NCBI RefSeq assembly: GCF_963921235.1
Contig: NC_086097.1
Location: forward strand, 101,062,001-101,126,000
From: Mobula hypostoma
Lineage: Eukaryota
Length of the DNA: 64,000 bases
Direction: 5' to 3'
This document shows positions 37,806-50,381 of this stretch, in pieces (within the stretch, counting starts at the first letter, position 1; each line of letters begins with the position of its first letter). Made by a program: the position numbers and the translations under genes. Under the pieces are notes generated by a model. It saw only the letters and a program-made list of their open reading frames with translations, had not been told where the DNA came from and did not search any database.

Positions 37806-39545
37806 TCATTGAAAGTGGGCATGCAGGTACAGCAGGCGGTGAAAAAGGCGAACGGTATGCTGGCATTCATAGCAAGAGGATTCGAGTACAGGAGCAGGGA
37901 GGTACTACTGCAGTTGTACAAAGCCTTGGTGAGACCACACCTGAAGTATTGTGTGCAGTTTTGGTCCCCTAATCTGAGGAAAGACATTCTTGCCATAGAG
38001 GGAGTATAAAGAAGGTTTGCCAGATTGATTCCTGGGATGGCAGGACTTTCATATGATGAAAGACTGGATCGACTCGGCTTTTACTCGCTGGAATTTAGAA
38101 GATTGAAAGGGGATCTTATTGAAACGTATAAAATCCTAAAGGGATTGGACAGGCTAGATGCAGGAAGATTGTTCCTGATGTTGGGGAAGTCCAGAATGAG
38201 GGGTCACAGTTTGAGGATAAAGGGGAAGCCTTTTAGGACAGAGATTAGGAAAAACTTCTTCACACAGAGAGTGGTGAATCTGTGGAATTCTCTGCCACAG
38301 GAAACAGTTGAGGCCAGTTCATTGGCTATATTTAAGAGGGAGTTAGATATGGCCCTTGTGACTAAAGGGATCGGGGGTATGGAGAGAAGGCAGGTACAGG
38401 GTTCTGAGTTGGATGATCAGCCATGATCATACTGAATGGCAGTGCAGGCTCAAAGGGCTGAATGGCCTACTCCTGCACCTATTTTCTGTGTTTCTATGTT
38501 TCTATGGGATGAGGAGGGTGTGCAAGCACCACAAAGGTAGCAGCAGAGGTCAGTACTGAATCCTGATTTCTGGTATAATGAGAATGTGGCTCTACTAGCT
38601 GCACCACTGGTCTGTATCTTTGATAATACTGATAATAAATGGTATTGCTGCAGAACATACATCTTGCATTCAGAGTTCTATTTTCAAAATGTATATAAAC
38701 CCTTGGCCAATCCTACATATCCATCAGATGCACTTGTACTGCCATCATGCAATGGAGAGAAAAGTGGAACAAAATTACAGGCAGACATAGGGGGAATACC
38801 GTGGATTCCAGTTAATTGGGCCATCGGTTAATGAGGACATCTGCTTATTTGGGAAAACTCTTAACGAACAGAAACCAATCAAGAAAATAGCCCGTATTCC
38901 CTTTGTGTACTTGGGACATTATGCCACTTAATTGGGGCCGGAGACTGTTGCTGAACAGTTTCTAACTATCATCAGACATGTGGCTGTTAGACCTTTATTG
39001 GCTACGCAGGCACTGAAAGCGTTGGCGTCAGAGGCCTACCAAAGTTTGAAGTGCGAGTATAAAAAGGGCAGACTCAGGTAAAACCTGTCTTTTTTCGGCA
39101 GCTCAGGCAGGAGGAGTGCAAGTGTCAGTGCCAGAGTCCTATGGAAATTGGGTAAGGATAAAAGAAGCTGATTCAGGCAAAGCCAGTTCATTGGGGCTGC
39201 GCAGGCACAGACAGTGTCTGCGTCAGAGCCCTAAAATCAGCTGCAAATAAAAGCAGGGTAGGCTCAAGCAGAGCAGCCATTGTCGGAGCGTGCCTGTGAA
39301 AGAGTGTGAAGGCTTAGGCTTAACAGGCTTCAATGTGAACAGGTGGAGGCACAGTTAGGAAGATATAAGTGGTTTTTGTTCTTTTTTAGTTTAGTCAGGA
39401 TGGAATGCTGCTCCTGTCAGATGTGGGAATTCAGGATATCTGATTGTTTCTCTGATGAATACGTCTACGGAAAATGAACCAACTTCAGTACCTAACTGAC
39501 CAGGTCAGGGAGTTGGGAGCTGGAGTGGAATGTACTCAGGATCAT

Positions 39546-40952
39546 TTGTTCAAAAAAGGTAGTAGGGATAGTCCGGGTAATTATAGACCAGTGAGCCTTA
39601 CGTCTGTGGTGGGAAAGCTGTTGGAAAAGATTCTTAGAGATAGGATCTCTGGGCATTTAGAGAATCATGGTCTGATCAGGGACAGTCAGCATGGCTTTGT
39701 GAAGGGTAGATCGTGTCTAACAAGCCTGATAGAGTTCTTTGAGGAGGTGACCAGGCATATCGATGAGGGTAGTGCAGTGGATGTAATCTATATGGATTTT
39801 AGTAAGGCATTTCACAAGGTTCCACACGGTAGGCTTATTCAGAAAGTTAGAAGGCATGGGATCCAGGGAAGTTTGGCCAGATGGATTCAGAATTGGCTGG
39901 CCTGCAGAAGGCAGAGGATGGTGGTGGAGGGAGTACATTCAGATTGGAGGATTGTGACTAGTGGTGTCCCACAAGGATCTGTTCTGGGACCTCTACTTTT
40001 CGTGATTTTTATTAACGACCTGGATGTGGGGGTAGAAGGCTGGGTTGGCAAGTTTGCAGACGACACAAAGGTTGGTGGTGTTGTAGATAGTGTAGAGGAT
40101 TGTCAAAGATTGCAGAGAGACATTGATAGGATGCAGAAGTGGGCTGAGAAGTGGCAAATGGAGTTCAACCCGGAGAAGTGTGAGGTGATACACTTTGGAA
40201 GGACAAACTCCAAAGCAGAGTACAAAGTAAATGGCAGGATACTTGGTACTGTGGAGGAGCAGAGGGATCTCGGGGTACATGTCCACAGATCCCTGAAAGT
40301 TGCCTCACAGGTGGATAGGGTAGTTAAGAAAGCTTATGGGGTGTTAGCTTTCATAAGTCGAGGGATAGAGTTTAAGAGTCGCGATGTAATGATGCAGCTC
40401 TATAAAACTCTGGTTAGGCCACACTTGGAGTTCTGTGTCCAGTTCTGGTCCCCTCACTATAGGAAGGATGTGGAAGCATTGGAAAGGGTACAGAGGAGAT
40501 TTACCAGGATGCTGCCTGGTTTAGAAAGTATGCATTATGATCAGAGATTAAGGGAGCTAGGGCTTTACTCTTTGGAGAGAAGGAGGATGAGAGGAGACAT
40601 GATAGAGATGTACAAGGTAATAAGAGGAATAGATAGAGTGGATAGCCAGCGCCTCTTCCCCAGGGCACCACTGCTCAATACAAGAGGACATGGCTTTAAG
40701 GTAAGGGGTGGGAAGTTCAAGGGGGATATTAGAGGAAGGTTTTTTACTCAGAGAGTGGTTGGTGCGTGGAATGCACTGCCTGAGTCAGTGGTGGAGGCAG
40801 ATACACTAGTGAAGTTTAAGAGACTACTAGACAGGTATATGGAGGAATCTAAGGTGGGGGCTTATATGGGAGGCAGGGTTTGAGGGTCGGCACAACATTG
40901 TGGGCCGAAAGGCCTGTACTGTGCTGTACTATTCTATGTTCTATGTTCTATG
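39546..40952 (+). mobile_element. Young 5'-truncated CR1 ('B') with an uninterrupted RT-to-stop frame
   Basis: ORF 39474-40883 has NYRPVSLTS, GVPQGSVLGP, KFADD; (TTCTATG)3 tail at 40932-40952. Confidence 0.95.
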
Positions 40953-41974
40953 AATCTGAAGATATTATAGACAAGTCTTTTGAGAAGGTGGTCACAATCA
41001 GAGTACAGGCTTTGTACAGTGGATAGTGAACCACCAGAAGAGGCAAAGAGATTAAGAAGTCAGTACAGGGTTCCCTGTGGCCTTTCCCCTCAGCAAAAAG
41101 TATACCTCTTCGGATATAGCTGGAGTGGATGACCCATCAGATCACAGCAACAGCAGCCAGGCTGGTGGCATTGTGGCCAGCTCTGAGGCTCAATAGGAAA
41201 GAGTAAAGTCAGGCAGTGCAGTAGTTAGTGCAGTTCCCAGCCCCCTGCAAATCTAGTTTAAGCATAATAGAAGGGTCAGACACAGAGTCCATTTGGGTGG
41301 AATTCAGGAATGGGAATGGTGCAATCACAGTGATAGGACTATACTACAGACCCCCTAATATCTACCAGGATATTGAGCAGAGATATGTAATCAAATTAAG
41401 GAAATGTATAAAAATAATAAAAATAATAGGGTTGTTGTCAGAGGAGATTTCAACTTCCCTGATAAGCTGGGACATTCTCAGTGCAAGGGGCTTAGATGAG
41501 CCAAAATTTGTTAAGTGTATCCAGGAGGGATTCTTAAATCAATATGTGGAGAGTCCAATGAGAGGGGCCGTACTGGACCTGGGGTTGGGTACTGTGCCTA
41601 GCCAGGTGACAAACCTTTCAGTGGGTGAACAGCTAGGGAACAGTGACCATAACTCCTTAACTTTAAGGAATACTATAGACAAGGATAGTTATGGTCCTTG
41701 TGAGATAGTTTTAAATTGGTGTAGGGCAAATTACGAGACCATTAGGCAGGAACCAAGAAGCTTTAATTGGGAACACCTTTTCTCCGGCAAGTCCACATCA
41801 GACGTGTGGAGGGTGTTTAAAGATCAATTTTACAGGGTACAGGAAAGGTATGTTCCTGTTAGAAGGACAGGAATGGAAAGATGAGAGAACCTTGTTTGTC
41901 CAGAGAGGTGATGAATTTAGTCAAGAAGAAAAAGGAAAAGTGTCTAAAGCTTCAGAAGTAGGGATCAAACAAAG

Positions 41975-44900
41975 AGTTAACTTATTTAACTCTTGAGAGA
42001 ATAGGGGCATGTCTACAGACCCAGTATTCTGTTCTGTGTGTCAGCTGTGTGATTTCCAGGAGACTTCCAGCCTCCCCAATGGCCACACCTCCACCAGGTG
42101 CATCAAGATGCAGCTCCTTAGAGACCCATGTTAGGGAACTGAAGCTGCAGCTCGATAACCTTTGGCTTGTTAGGGAAAGTGAAGTGGTGGTAGACAGGAG
42201 CTACAGGGAGGTAGTCACCCCAAGGCTACAGGAGACAGATAAATGGGTGACTGTCAGGAGAGGGAAGGGAGATTGTCAGATAGTGGAGAGCACTGCTGTG
42301 GCTGTCCCCCTCAACAATAAGTTGTACTCCACTTTGAGTACTGCTGGGGGGAAGCAACAGCGGCCGTGCCTCTGGCACTGAGGTCCTGAAAAAAGAATAC
42401 AGGGAGGATAGGAATTAAATGAGGTAGCAGATAAATGCATGGCTGAAGAATTGGAGCTAAGGGCAGGGATTCAAATTTCTGGATATTGGACCTCTCCTGG
42501 GGCAGGCAGGACTTGTACAAAAGAGGCAGGCTGTACTTGAATTCGCGGGGGACCAATATCTTTGCAGGCAGGTTTACCGGAGCTGTTGGGAGTGATTTAA
42601 ACTAATATGGCAGGAGGATGGGAACCAGTATGATAGAGCTGAGGATGAGCCAGCAGGTTTACAAGTAGGTTAAGGAAGTAACAATAATGTAAGTAAGGAC
42701 AAGCCAATGATTGGATACAAATGCAGACAGAGTAGAGTTCAATCGTACTACAGAGGCAAAATTCAAAAGGACAACAAATGCAGAACTGAAGGTGCTGTAC
42801 TTAAATGCACAGAGCATTTGGAATAAGGTGGACGAACTTGTGGCGCAATTAGAGATTGGTCAGTATGACATTGTGGACATCACTGAGTTGTGGGTGAAAG
42901 AAAGCCATAGTTGGGAGCTTTGTATCAAGAGACAGACAGGAAGGCATAAGTGGTGATGTGGCTCTGTTGGTAAGGGATGGAATTATATCTTTAGAAAGAG
43001 GTGACATAGGGTCACAGAATGTTGAATTTTGTGGGTGGAGTTATAAACTGCAAGGGTTAAAAAAAACATGTGCATCACATATAGGCCTCCAAATAGTAGC
43101 CAAGATATGGGATTGAGTTTGCAAAGGGAGCTGGAAAAAGCATGCAATGAGGGTAATGACACAATTGTAATAGGGATTTCAATATGCAAGGGGATTGGGA
43201 AAATCAGGTTGGCGTCTGATTGCAAGAGAGGTAATTTGTTGAATGCATATGAGATGGCTTTTTACATCAGATTCTGCTTGAGCCAACTCAGGGAAAGGCT
43301 ATCTTAGATTGGCTGTTGTGTAATAACACAGATCTTATTAGGGAGCTTAATGTAAAGGAACACTTAGGAGACAGGGATCATAATATGATTGAACTCCTAC
43401 TGCAGTTTGAGAGGGAAAAGTCCAAGTCAGATATATCAGTATCGCAATGGAATAAAGGAAATTACAGAGGCATGAGAGAGAAGCTTGCCCAGTGGATTGG
43501 AGGAGGATACTAGCGGAAATGACAGTAGAACAGAGATGGCTGTTGTTTCTGGGAATAGTTCACAAGGCGCAGGTTAGATAAGTCCCAAAGAAGTTGTTCT
43601 CAAATGGCAGGGGTAGGCAACCGGGGCTGACAAGGGAAGTTAAGGACTGCATAAAAGCCGAGGAAAGGGCATATAAGGTAGCAAAAGTGGGTGGGAAGTT
43701 GAATGATTGGGAAGCTTTTAAAATCCAACAAAAGACAACTAAAAAGCTATAAGAAGGGAAAAGATGAAATATGAGGTCAAACTAGCCAATAATATAAAGC
43801 AGGATACCAAAAGCTGTTTCAGTTATAAAAAGTAAAAGGGAGGTTAGAGTTGACATTGGACCACTGGAAAATGATGTTGGTGAGGTAGTAATGGGGGACA
43901 AAGAAATAGAAGGTGAACTTAAAGGTACTTGCAATCAGCCTTCACTGTGGAAGACACTAGCAGTGTGCCAGAGGTCTGTGAGTGTCAAGGAGCAGGAGTG
44001 ATTGCCATTGCTATTATGAAGGAAAATATGCTAGGCAAACTCAAAGGTCTTAAGGTAGATAAGTCACCTGGACCAGATGGACTACATCCCAGAGTCCTAA
44101 GAGAGGTTGCTGCAGAGATAACAGATGCATTGGTCATGATCTTTCAAGAATTACTTGATTCTGGCATGGTCCCAGAGGACTGGAAGATTGCAAGTGTCAC
44201 TCCACTCTTTAAAAAGGGAAAAAGGCAAAAGAAAGGAAATTATAGGTCAGTTAGCCCTTCCTCAGTGGTTGGGAAAGTGTTGGAGTCCATTATTAAGGAT
44301 GAAGTTTCGGAGTACTTGGAGACTAATGATAAAATAAGTCAAAGTCAGCATGGTTTCTGTGAAGGGAAATCTTGTCTGACAAATCTGTTAAGAGTTCTTC
44401 GAGGAAGTAACAAGCAGGCTGGACGAAGGAGAGGCAGTGGATGTCATTTACTTGGATTTTCAGAAGATATTTGATAAGGTGCTACATGTGAGGTTGCTAA
44501 ATAAGACAAAATGCTATGTCATTACAGGAAAGATACTGGCATGAATAGAGGAATGGCTTACAGGCAGGATGCCATGAGTGGAATAAAAGGGGTCTTTTCT
44601 GGTTGCTTGCCAGTGACTAGTGGTAGGGAGGCAAAAGAGATGGGGGCATGGCATTGCTAATCAGGGATAGTATCATAGCTGAAGAAAAGGAGGAAGTCAT
44701 GGAGGGATTGTCTACTGAGTCAGTGTGGGTGGAAGTCAGAAACAGGAAGGCCAATAACTACTGGGTGTCTTCATAGACCCCCCCTCCCCCCCAATAGTAA
44801 CAGGGATATCGAGCAGAAAGGGAGACAGATTCTGGATCGGTATAATAATCATAGGGTTGTTGTGATGGGTTATTTTAACTTTCCTAATATTGACTTGCAT

Positions 44901-47652
44901 CTCCTTAGAGCAAGGGGTTTAGATGGGATGGAGTTTGTTAGGTGTGTTCACAAAGGTTTCCCTGACGCAATATGTAGAAAAGCAAACTAAAGGAGAGGCT
45001 GTACTTGATCTGGTATTGGGAAATGAACCTGTTCAGGTGTCAGATCTCACGGTGGGAGAGCATTTTGGAGGTAGTGATCACAACCATCTCCTTTACCATA
45101 GTGCTGGAGAGGGACAGGAGCAGATAACCTGGAAAAAACGCAATTGGGGTAGGGGAAAATATGATGCTATTAGGGAGAAATTTGGGAGCAAATGTTCTCA
45201 AGGAAATTCAAGGCAGAAATGTGGCAAATGTTCAGGGAACATTTGCACGGTGTTCTGCAAAGGTATGTTCAATTGAGGTAGGGAAAGAATGGTAGAGTAA
45301 AAGAATCAAGGTGTACAAAGGATGGAGAAAATCTAGTTAAGAAGTAAAGAAAAGCTTACAAAAGGTTCAAGAAACTAGGTACTGTTAGAGCTCTAGAAAA
45401 TGACAAGATTGTCAGGAAGGAGTTTAAGAATGAAATTAGGAGAAGTAGAAGGGGCCATGAGAAGGCCTTGGCAAGCAGGAACAAGGAAAAGCCCAAGGCA
45501 TTCTACAAGAGGGTGAGCTGTGTGGGAATAGGACCAATCAGATGCAATAGCGGAAACCTGCATGGAGTCAGAGGAGGTAGTGGAGGTACTTAATGAATAC
45601 TTTGCTTCAGTATTCACCAGGGAAAAGGACCTTGGCAATTGCAGACTGAAACACTTGAGCATGTAGACAACATGAAAGAGGATGCACTGGAGCTTTAGAA
45701 AGCATTAAGTTAGATAGGTCGCCAGGTCCGGACAAGATATACCCAGGACTACTATGGGAAGTAAGAGAGGAGATTGCTGAGCCTCTGGTATCATCATGAG
45801 GGATGGGAGAAGTACCGGAGGATTGGAGGGTAGCAAATATTGTTCTCTCGTTCAAGAAAGGGAGCACAGATAACCCAGGAAATTATAGACCAGTGAGTCT
45901 TACTTCAGTGGTGGGCAGGTTGTTGGAGAAGATTTTGAGAGGCAGGATTTATGAGCATTTGGAGAGACAATCTGATTAGGGATAGTCAGCATGGCTTTGT
46001 CGAGGACAAGTCGTGCCTTATGAGCCTGATTGAATTCTTTGAGGATGTAGCAAAACACATTGATGAAGACAGAGCAGTAGATGTAGTGTATATGGATTTC
46101 AGTAAGGCATTTGATAAGGTTCCCCATGCCAGGCTCATTCAGAAAGTAAGGAGGCATGGGATCCAATGAGAACTTGTTTTATGGATCCAGAAATGACTTG
46201 CGCACAGAAGGAAAAAAGTGCTTGTAGATGGTTCGTTTTCTGCACGGAGGTCGGCAACCAGTGCAGTTCTGCTGGGATCTGTTCTGGGACCCTTCCTCTT
46301 CGTGATTTTTATAAATGACCTGGATGAAGAAGTAGAAGGGTGGGTTAGTAGTTTGCTGATGACAAAGATTGGGGATGTTGCGGATAGTCTGGAGAGTTGT
46401 CAGAAGTTATAGCGGGATATCGATAGAATGCAGAACTGGGCTGAGAAGTTAAACCCAGATAAGTGTGAAGTGGTTCATTTTGGTAGGTCGAATTTGAAGA
46501 CAGAATATAGTATTAATGGCAAGACTCTTGGCAGTGTGGTGGATCAGAGAGATCTTGGGGTCTGTGTCCATAGGACACTCAAACCTACTGTGCATGTTGA
46601 CATTATTGTTAAGAAAGCATATGGTGTGTTGGCCTTCACCAACCGTGGGATGGAGTTCAAGAGCTGTGGGGTAATGTTACAGCTATATAAGACCTTAGAT
46701 AGACCCCACTTGGGAGTATTGTGTTCAGTTCTGGTTACCGCACTACAGGAAGGATGTGGATACTATGAAGAGAGTGTAGAAGAGATTTACAAGGATGTTA
46801 CCTGGATTGGAGAGTGTGCCTTATGAGAATAGGTTGAGGGAATGTGGCCTTTTCTCCTTGGAGTGACGGACGTTGAGAGGTGACCTGATAGAGGTGTTTA
46901 AGATGAGAGGCATTGATTGTGTGGATAGCCAGAGGCTTTTTCCCAGAGCTGAAATGGCTAACATGAGGGGACATAGTTTTAAGGTGCTTGGAACTAAGTA
47001 CAGGGGGGATGTCAGAGGTAAGTTTTTCCACACAGAGAGTGGTGGGTGTGTGGAATGCACTGCCAGCAACAGTAGTAAAGGTCTTTTAAGAGACTCTTAG
47101 ATAGGTACATGGAGCTTAGAAAAATAGAGGGCTATGCGGTAGGGAATTCTAGGCAGTTTCTAGAGTAGGTTACATTGTCAGCACAACATTGTGGGCCAAA
47201 GGGCCTATAATGTGCTGTAAATTTCTATGTTCTATGTTCTAATGCGGGGGGGGGGGGGCAGGGAATCTCATTCAAGCCTACCAAATATTGAAAGGACTAG
47301 ATGGGGTGAATATGGAGAGGGTGTTTCCTATGATGGGGACATCCAGAACTAGAGGGTACAGCCTCAAAATTGAGGGGCGACCTTTTAGAACAGAAGTAAG
47401 GAGGTACTTTTTTTAGCCAGCGAGTAGTGAATCTGTGGAATGCTCTGCCACAGACTGCAGTGGAAGCCAAATCCACGGGTATATTTAAGGTGGAAGTTGA
47501 TCATTTTCTGATCGGTCAAGGCATCAAAGGATATGGTGAGAAGGCAGGTGTATGGGGTTGGGTGGGATCCGGGATCAGCTATGATGGAATGGCAGAGTAG
47601 ACTCGATGGGCTGAATGGCCTAATTCTGCACTTAGATCTTATGGTATTATGG
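41975..47652 (+). mobile_element. CR1 'C' (ORF1, APE, RT, 3' end) containing CR1 'D' at about 44626-47240
   Basis: C: ORFs 42049-44474, then 3' end 47240-47652. D: APE 44923-45276, RT 45951-46412, TTCTATG tail near 47240. Confidence 0.8.
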
Positions 47653-47995
47653 AAGCAATGGAGTGTAGAGAAGCCAGAAAAAAAAAATAAAGGAAGGAAT
47701 TAGGAAAGTCAGGAGGGGCCATGAAAAGTCCTTGGCAAGTAGGATTAAGGTGAATCCAAAGGCATTCTATACATACATCAAGAGTAAGTGGATAACTAGG
47801 GAGAGGGTAGGACTACTCAATGGGTAAAGGGGGGAACATTTGTTTGGATGCAGGGAATGTACATGAGGTACTTAATGGGTACTTTGCTTCAAGATTTATC
47901 AATGAAAAGGAAATGAACAACAAGTAGATCAGGTAACACACATCAAAGTTGCTGGTGAACACAGCAGGCCAGGCAGCATCTCTAGGAAGAGGTAC

Positions 47996-48031
47996 AGTCA
48001 ACGTTTCGGGCCGAGACCCTTCGTCAGGACT
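47996..48031 (-). ncRNA. Minimal hammerhead motif (GUU cleavage triplet)
   Basis: Minus strand: AGTC-CTGACGA-AGGGTCTCGGCCC-GAAAC-GTT-GACT. Confidence 0.82.
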
Positions 48032-48050
48032 AACTGAAGGAACAGCTAGT

Positions 48051-48086
48051 AGTCCTGACGAAGGGTCTCGGCCCGAAACGTCGACT
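48051..48086 (+). ncRNA. Minimal hammerhead motif (GUC triplet, fully intact)
   Basis: AGTC-CTGACGA-AGGGTCTCGGCCC-GAAAC-GTC-GACT. Confidence 0.88.
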
Positions 48087-50381
48087 GTACCTCTTCCTAG
48101 AGATGCTGCCTGGCCTGTTGCGTTCACCAGCAACTTTGATGTGTGTTGCGTGAATTTCCAGCATCTGCAGAATTCCTCGTGTTTGCGTGAATCAGTAGAT
48201 CAGAGCTGAGTATATAAATATGTTAGGGCATTTCGAGGTCAAGGAGGGGAAAGTGTTGGGCCTTCTAATGAGGGCCTGATGGGATTTATCTCATATTATT
48301 GAAGGAGGCAAGAGACAGGATTGCTGAGCCCTCGACCAGTATCTTTGTATCCTCTCTAGCCACAGGCAAGGTCCCAGAGGACTGGCAGGTGGCTATTGTT
48401 GTACCTCTATTTAAGTAGGGAACAAGGGAAAATCCTGGGAACAATAGACCAGTGAGTCTCACGTCAGTTGTAGGGAAATTGCTGGAGAAAATTCTGAGGG
48501 ATAAGATATATGAGCATTTAGAAACCCAGGACTAATTAGGGAGAGCCAGCACAGCTTTGTGTGTGGCAGGTCATGCCTTACCAAGTTGATTGAGTTTTTT
48601 GACAAGATGATGAGGTTAGGGCAGTGGTTGTTGTCTACATGGATTTGTGTAAGGTGTTTGATGAATTCCCTCATGGGAGGCGAATCCAGAAGATTAAGAT
48701 GCACGGAGTCCGTGGTAAATTGGCTGATTGGAATCAGTACCGACTTGCACACAGAAGGTAGAGGGTACTGGTTGAAGGGAGTTATTCGAGTTGGAGGTCT
48801 GCAATTAACGGAGTTCTGCAGGCATCTGTGCTGAGCCCTCTGCTGTTTGTGATGTATATAAATGACCTGGATGAAAATGTAAGTGGGTGGATTAGTAAAT
48901 TTGCAAATGATACCAAGATTGGTGGAGTTGTGGATAGTGAACAAGACCGGGAAAGATAACAGCACAATATAGATCAGTTACAGATTTGGGCAGAGAAATG
49001 GCAGATGGAGTTTAACCCAGATAAATGTGAAGTGTTGCATCTCGGTAGAGCAAGTGCAAGGAAACAGTACACTGTTAAGGGCAAGATCCTTAACAGTGTT
49101 GCTGAGCAGAGAAATCTTGGGATCAAAATTCATAGCCCCTTGAATATGGCTACACAGGTCAATAAGGTGGTTTAAAAGGCTTATGAAATGCTTGCTTTTA
49201 ATGCTCGACTAATGAGTTTAAAAGTCAGGAATTATGTTGCAACTTTATAAAACTGGTTAGGCCAAATCTGGAGTATTGCATACAGTTCTGGTTGCCTCAC
49301 TTTAGAAAGGATGTTGAGGCTTTGGAGAGGTTTACTAGGATGATGCCTGGTTTAGAGGGTATGTGCTATCATGAGAGGCTGGATAAACTTGGGCTGTTTT
49401 CTTTGGAGTGTAGGAGGCTGAGGGCAGATCTGATAGAAGTTTACAAGATTATGAGAGGCATAGAGAGTAGACGGGGAGCATCTGTTCCCCTGGGTTGAAG
49501 TATCTAATACCAGAGGGCATGAGTTTCTGGTGAGAAGCTTTAGGCTCCGGGGGGGGGAGGGGATGTGAGGGGTAAGATTTTTACTCAGAGAATAACGGAT
49601 GCCTGGAATGCCCTGCCTGCTGTGGTGGTAGAGACTAATACATTAGAACCTCTCAAGAGACGTTCGGATAGGCACGTGGATGTGAGGAAGATGGAGGGAT
49701 GTAGACATTGTGCAGGCCAGAGGGATTAGTGTTTGGGTGCTTAGCTGGTTCAGCACAACATTGTGCGCGGAATGGCCTGTTCCTGTGTTGTACTGTTTTA
49801 TGTCTTACTACGTCATGCTTAAAGCAAACAGTTTTTAAATAGCATCAGTTGTGTTTGGATTCAAAAGGCAGTGACTTTTGTCACTGATATTTGGTGAGAA
49901 ATTTGGTAAGATAATTCACAACTGCTTTACTCACTATGGTTTCAAGCATTCAGGCTTGGAAACAGAAGAAACAGCTGGGAGTGATATGAAATGATATTAC
50001 TACTTCATTAAGAACCACAAAGAACTTGAAGATGTCGACAATTATCTTCAAATACTACAATGAAAATGAAGATTTGGAGGATACAATCATTGATAGCATT
50101 GTATGTAGTCAGTCCATTATCTACACTAGATATCTCTGCTGAGTTTATTCATTTATAGTCAATCAAAGGAATATGCCAGCGTACAATGGATGAATTCCTC
50201 TGCTGATAACTATTAGAAACTAATAGATTTACATTACTGTACTTGTTCTGTATTTCATTTAAATACATAATTTGTTACTTAGTTAAATGGTAGTTTCTCT
50301 TTTTATACCTTTTTAACTATTTCCATGAAATTTCAGTTAATTGGGCAGCTGCTCAATTGGGCCAATTAACTGGATTCCACT

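Larger units (their letters stand above)
31870..38506 (+). mobile_element. CR1 LINE (ORF1, partial APE, C-terminus) split by insertions, RT domain missing
   Basis: ORFs 31918-32549 (CVYRKC, GDSIVRG, HIGTND), 32826-33401 APE, 37809-38426 C-terminus; TTTCTATG tail near 38506. Confidence 0.88.
47933..48193. mobile_element. Palindromic mini-PLE (inverted 3' ends) with 10-bp TSD
   Basis: Arms 47935-48032 and 48050-48147 (95/98 complementary); AGTAGATCAG at 47923-47932 and 48194-48203. Confidence 0.95.
38996..49805 (+). mobile_element. Full-length old CR1 ('A') carrying nested insertions
   Basis: 5'UTR and MECCSCQMWEF ORF1 start at 39400; pieces resume at 40953, 47653 and 48194; APE ORF 41228-41884; C-terminus 49292-49498. 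Confidence 0.8.
38799..50381. mobile_element. Tigger/Tc1-mariner-like non-autonomous element split in two (38799-38995 and about 49810-50381)
   Basis: TA-preceded TIR CCGTGGATTCCAGTTAATTGG and inverted CCAATTAACTGGATTCCACT (50362-50381), 18/20 match. Confidence 0.8.

Noticed and set aside
38662..38678. 17-nt exon-like segment before a gtatgt donor (approximate coordinates)
   Set aside because: Weak acceptor and phase-incompatible with neighbouring candidates.
47813..48209. Two near-identical opposite-strand ORFs (MLVN...DVSGRDPSSG)
   Set aside because: Artefact of the palindrome; the same peptide appears at 4625 from the non-coding PLE end.
50341..50381. Apparently novel N-terminus of the 492-aa RT ORF
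   Set aside because: It is the translated Tigger TIR starting at TTG, read through into a truncated CR1.
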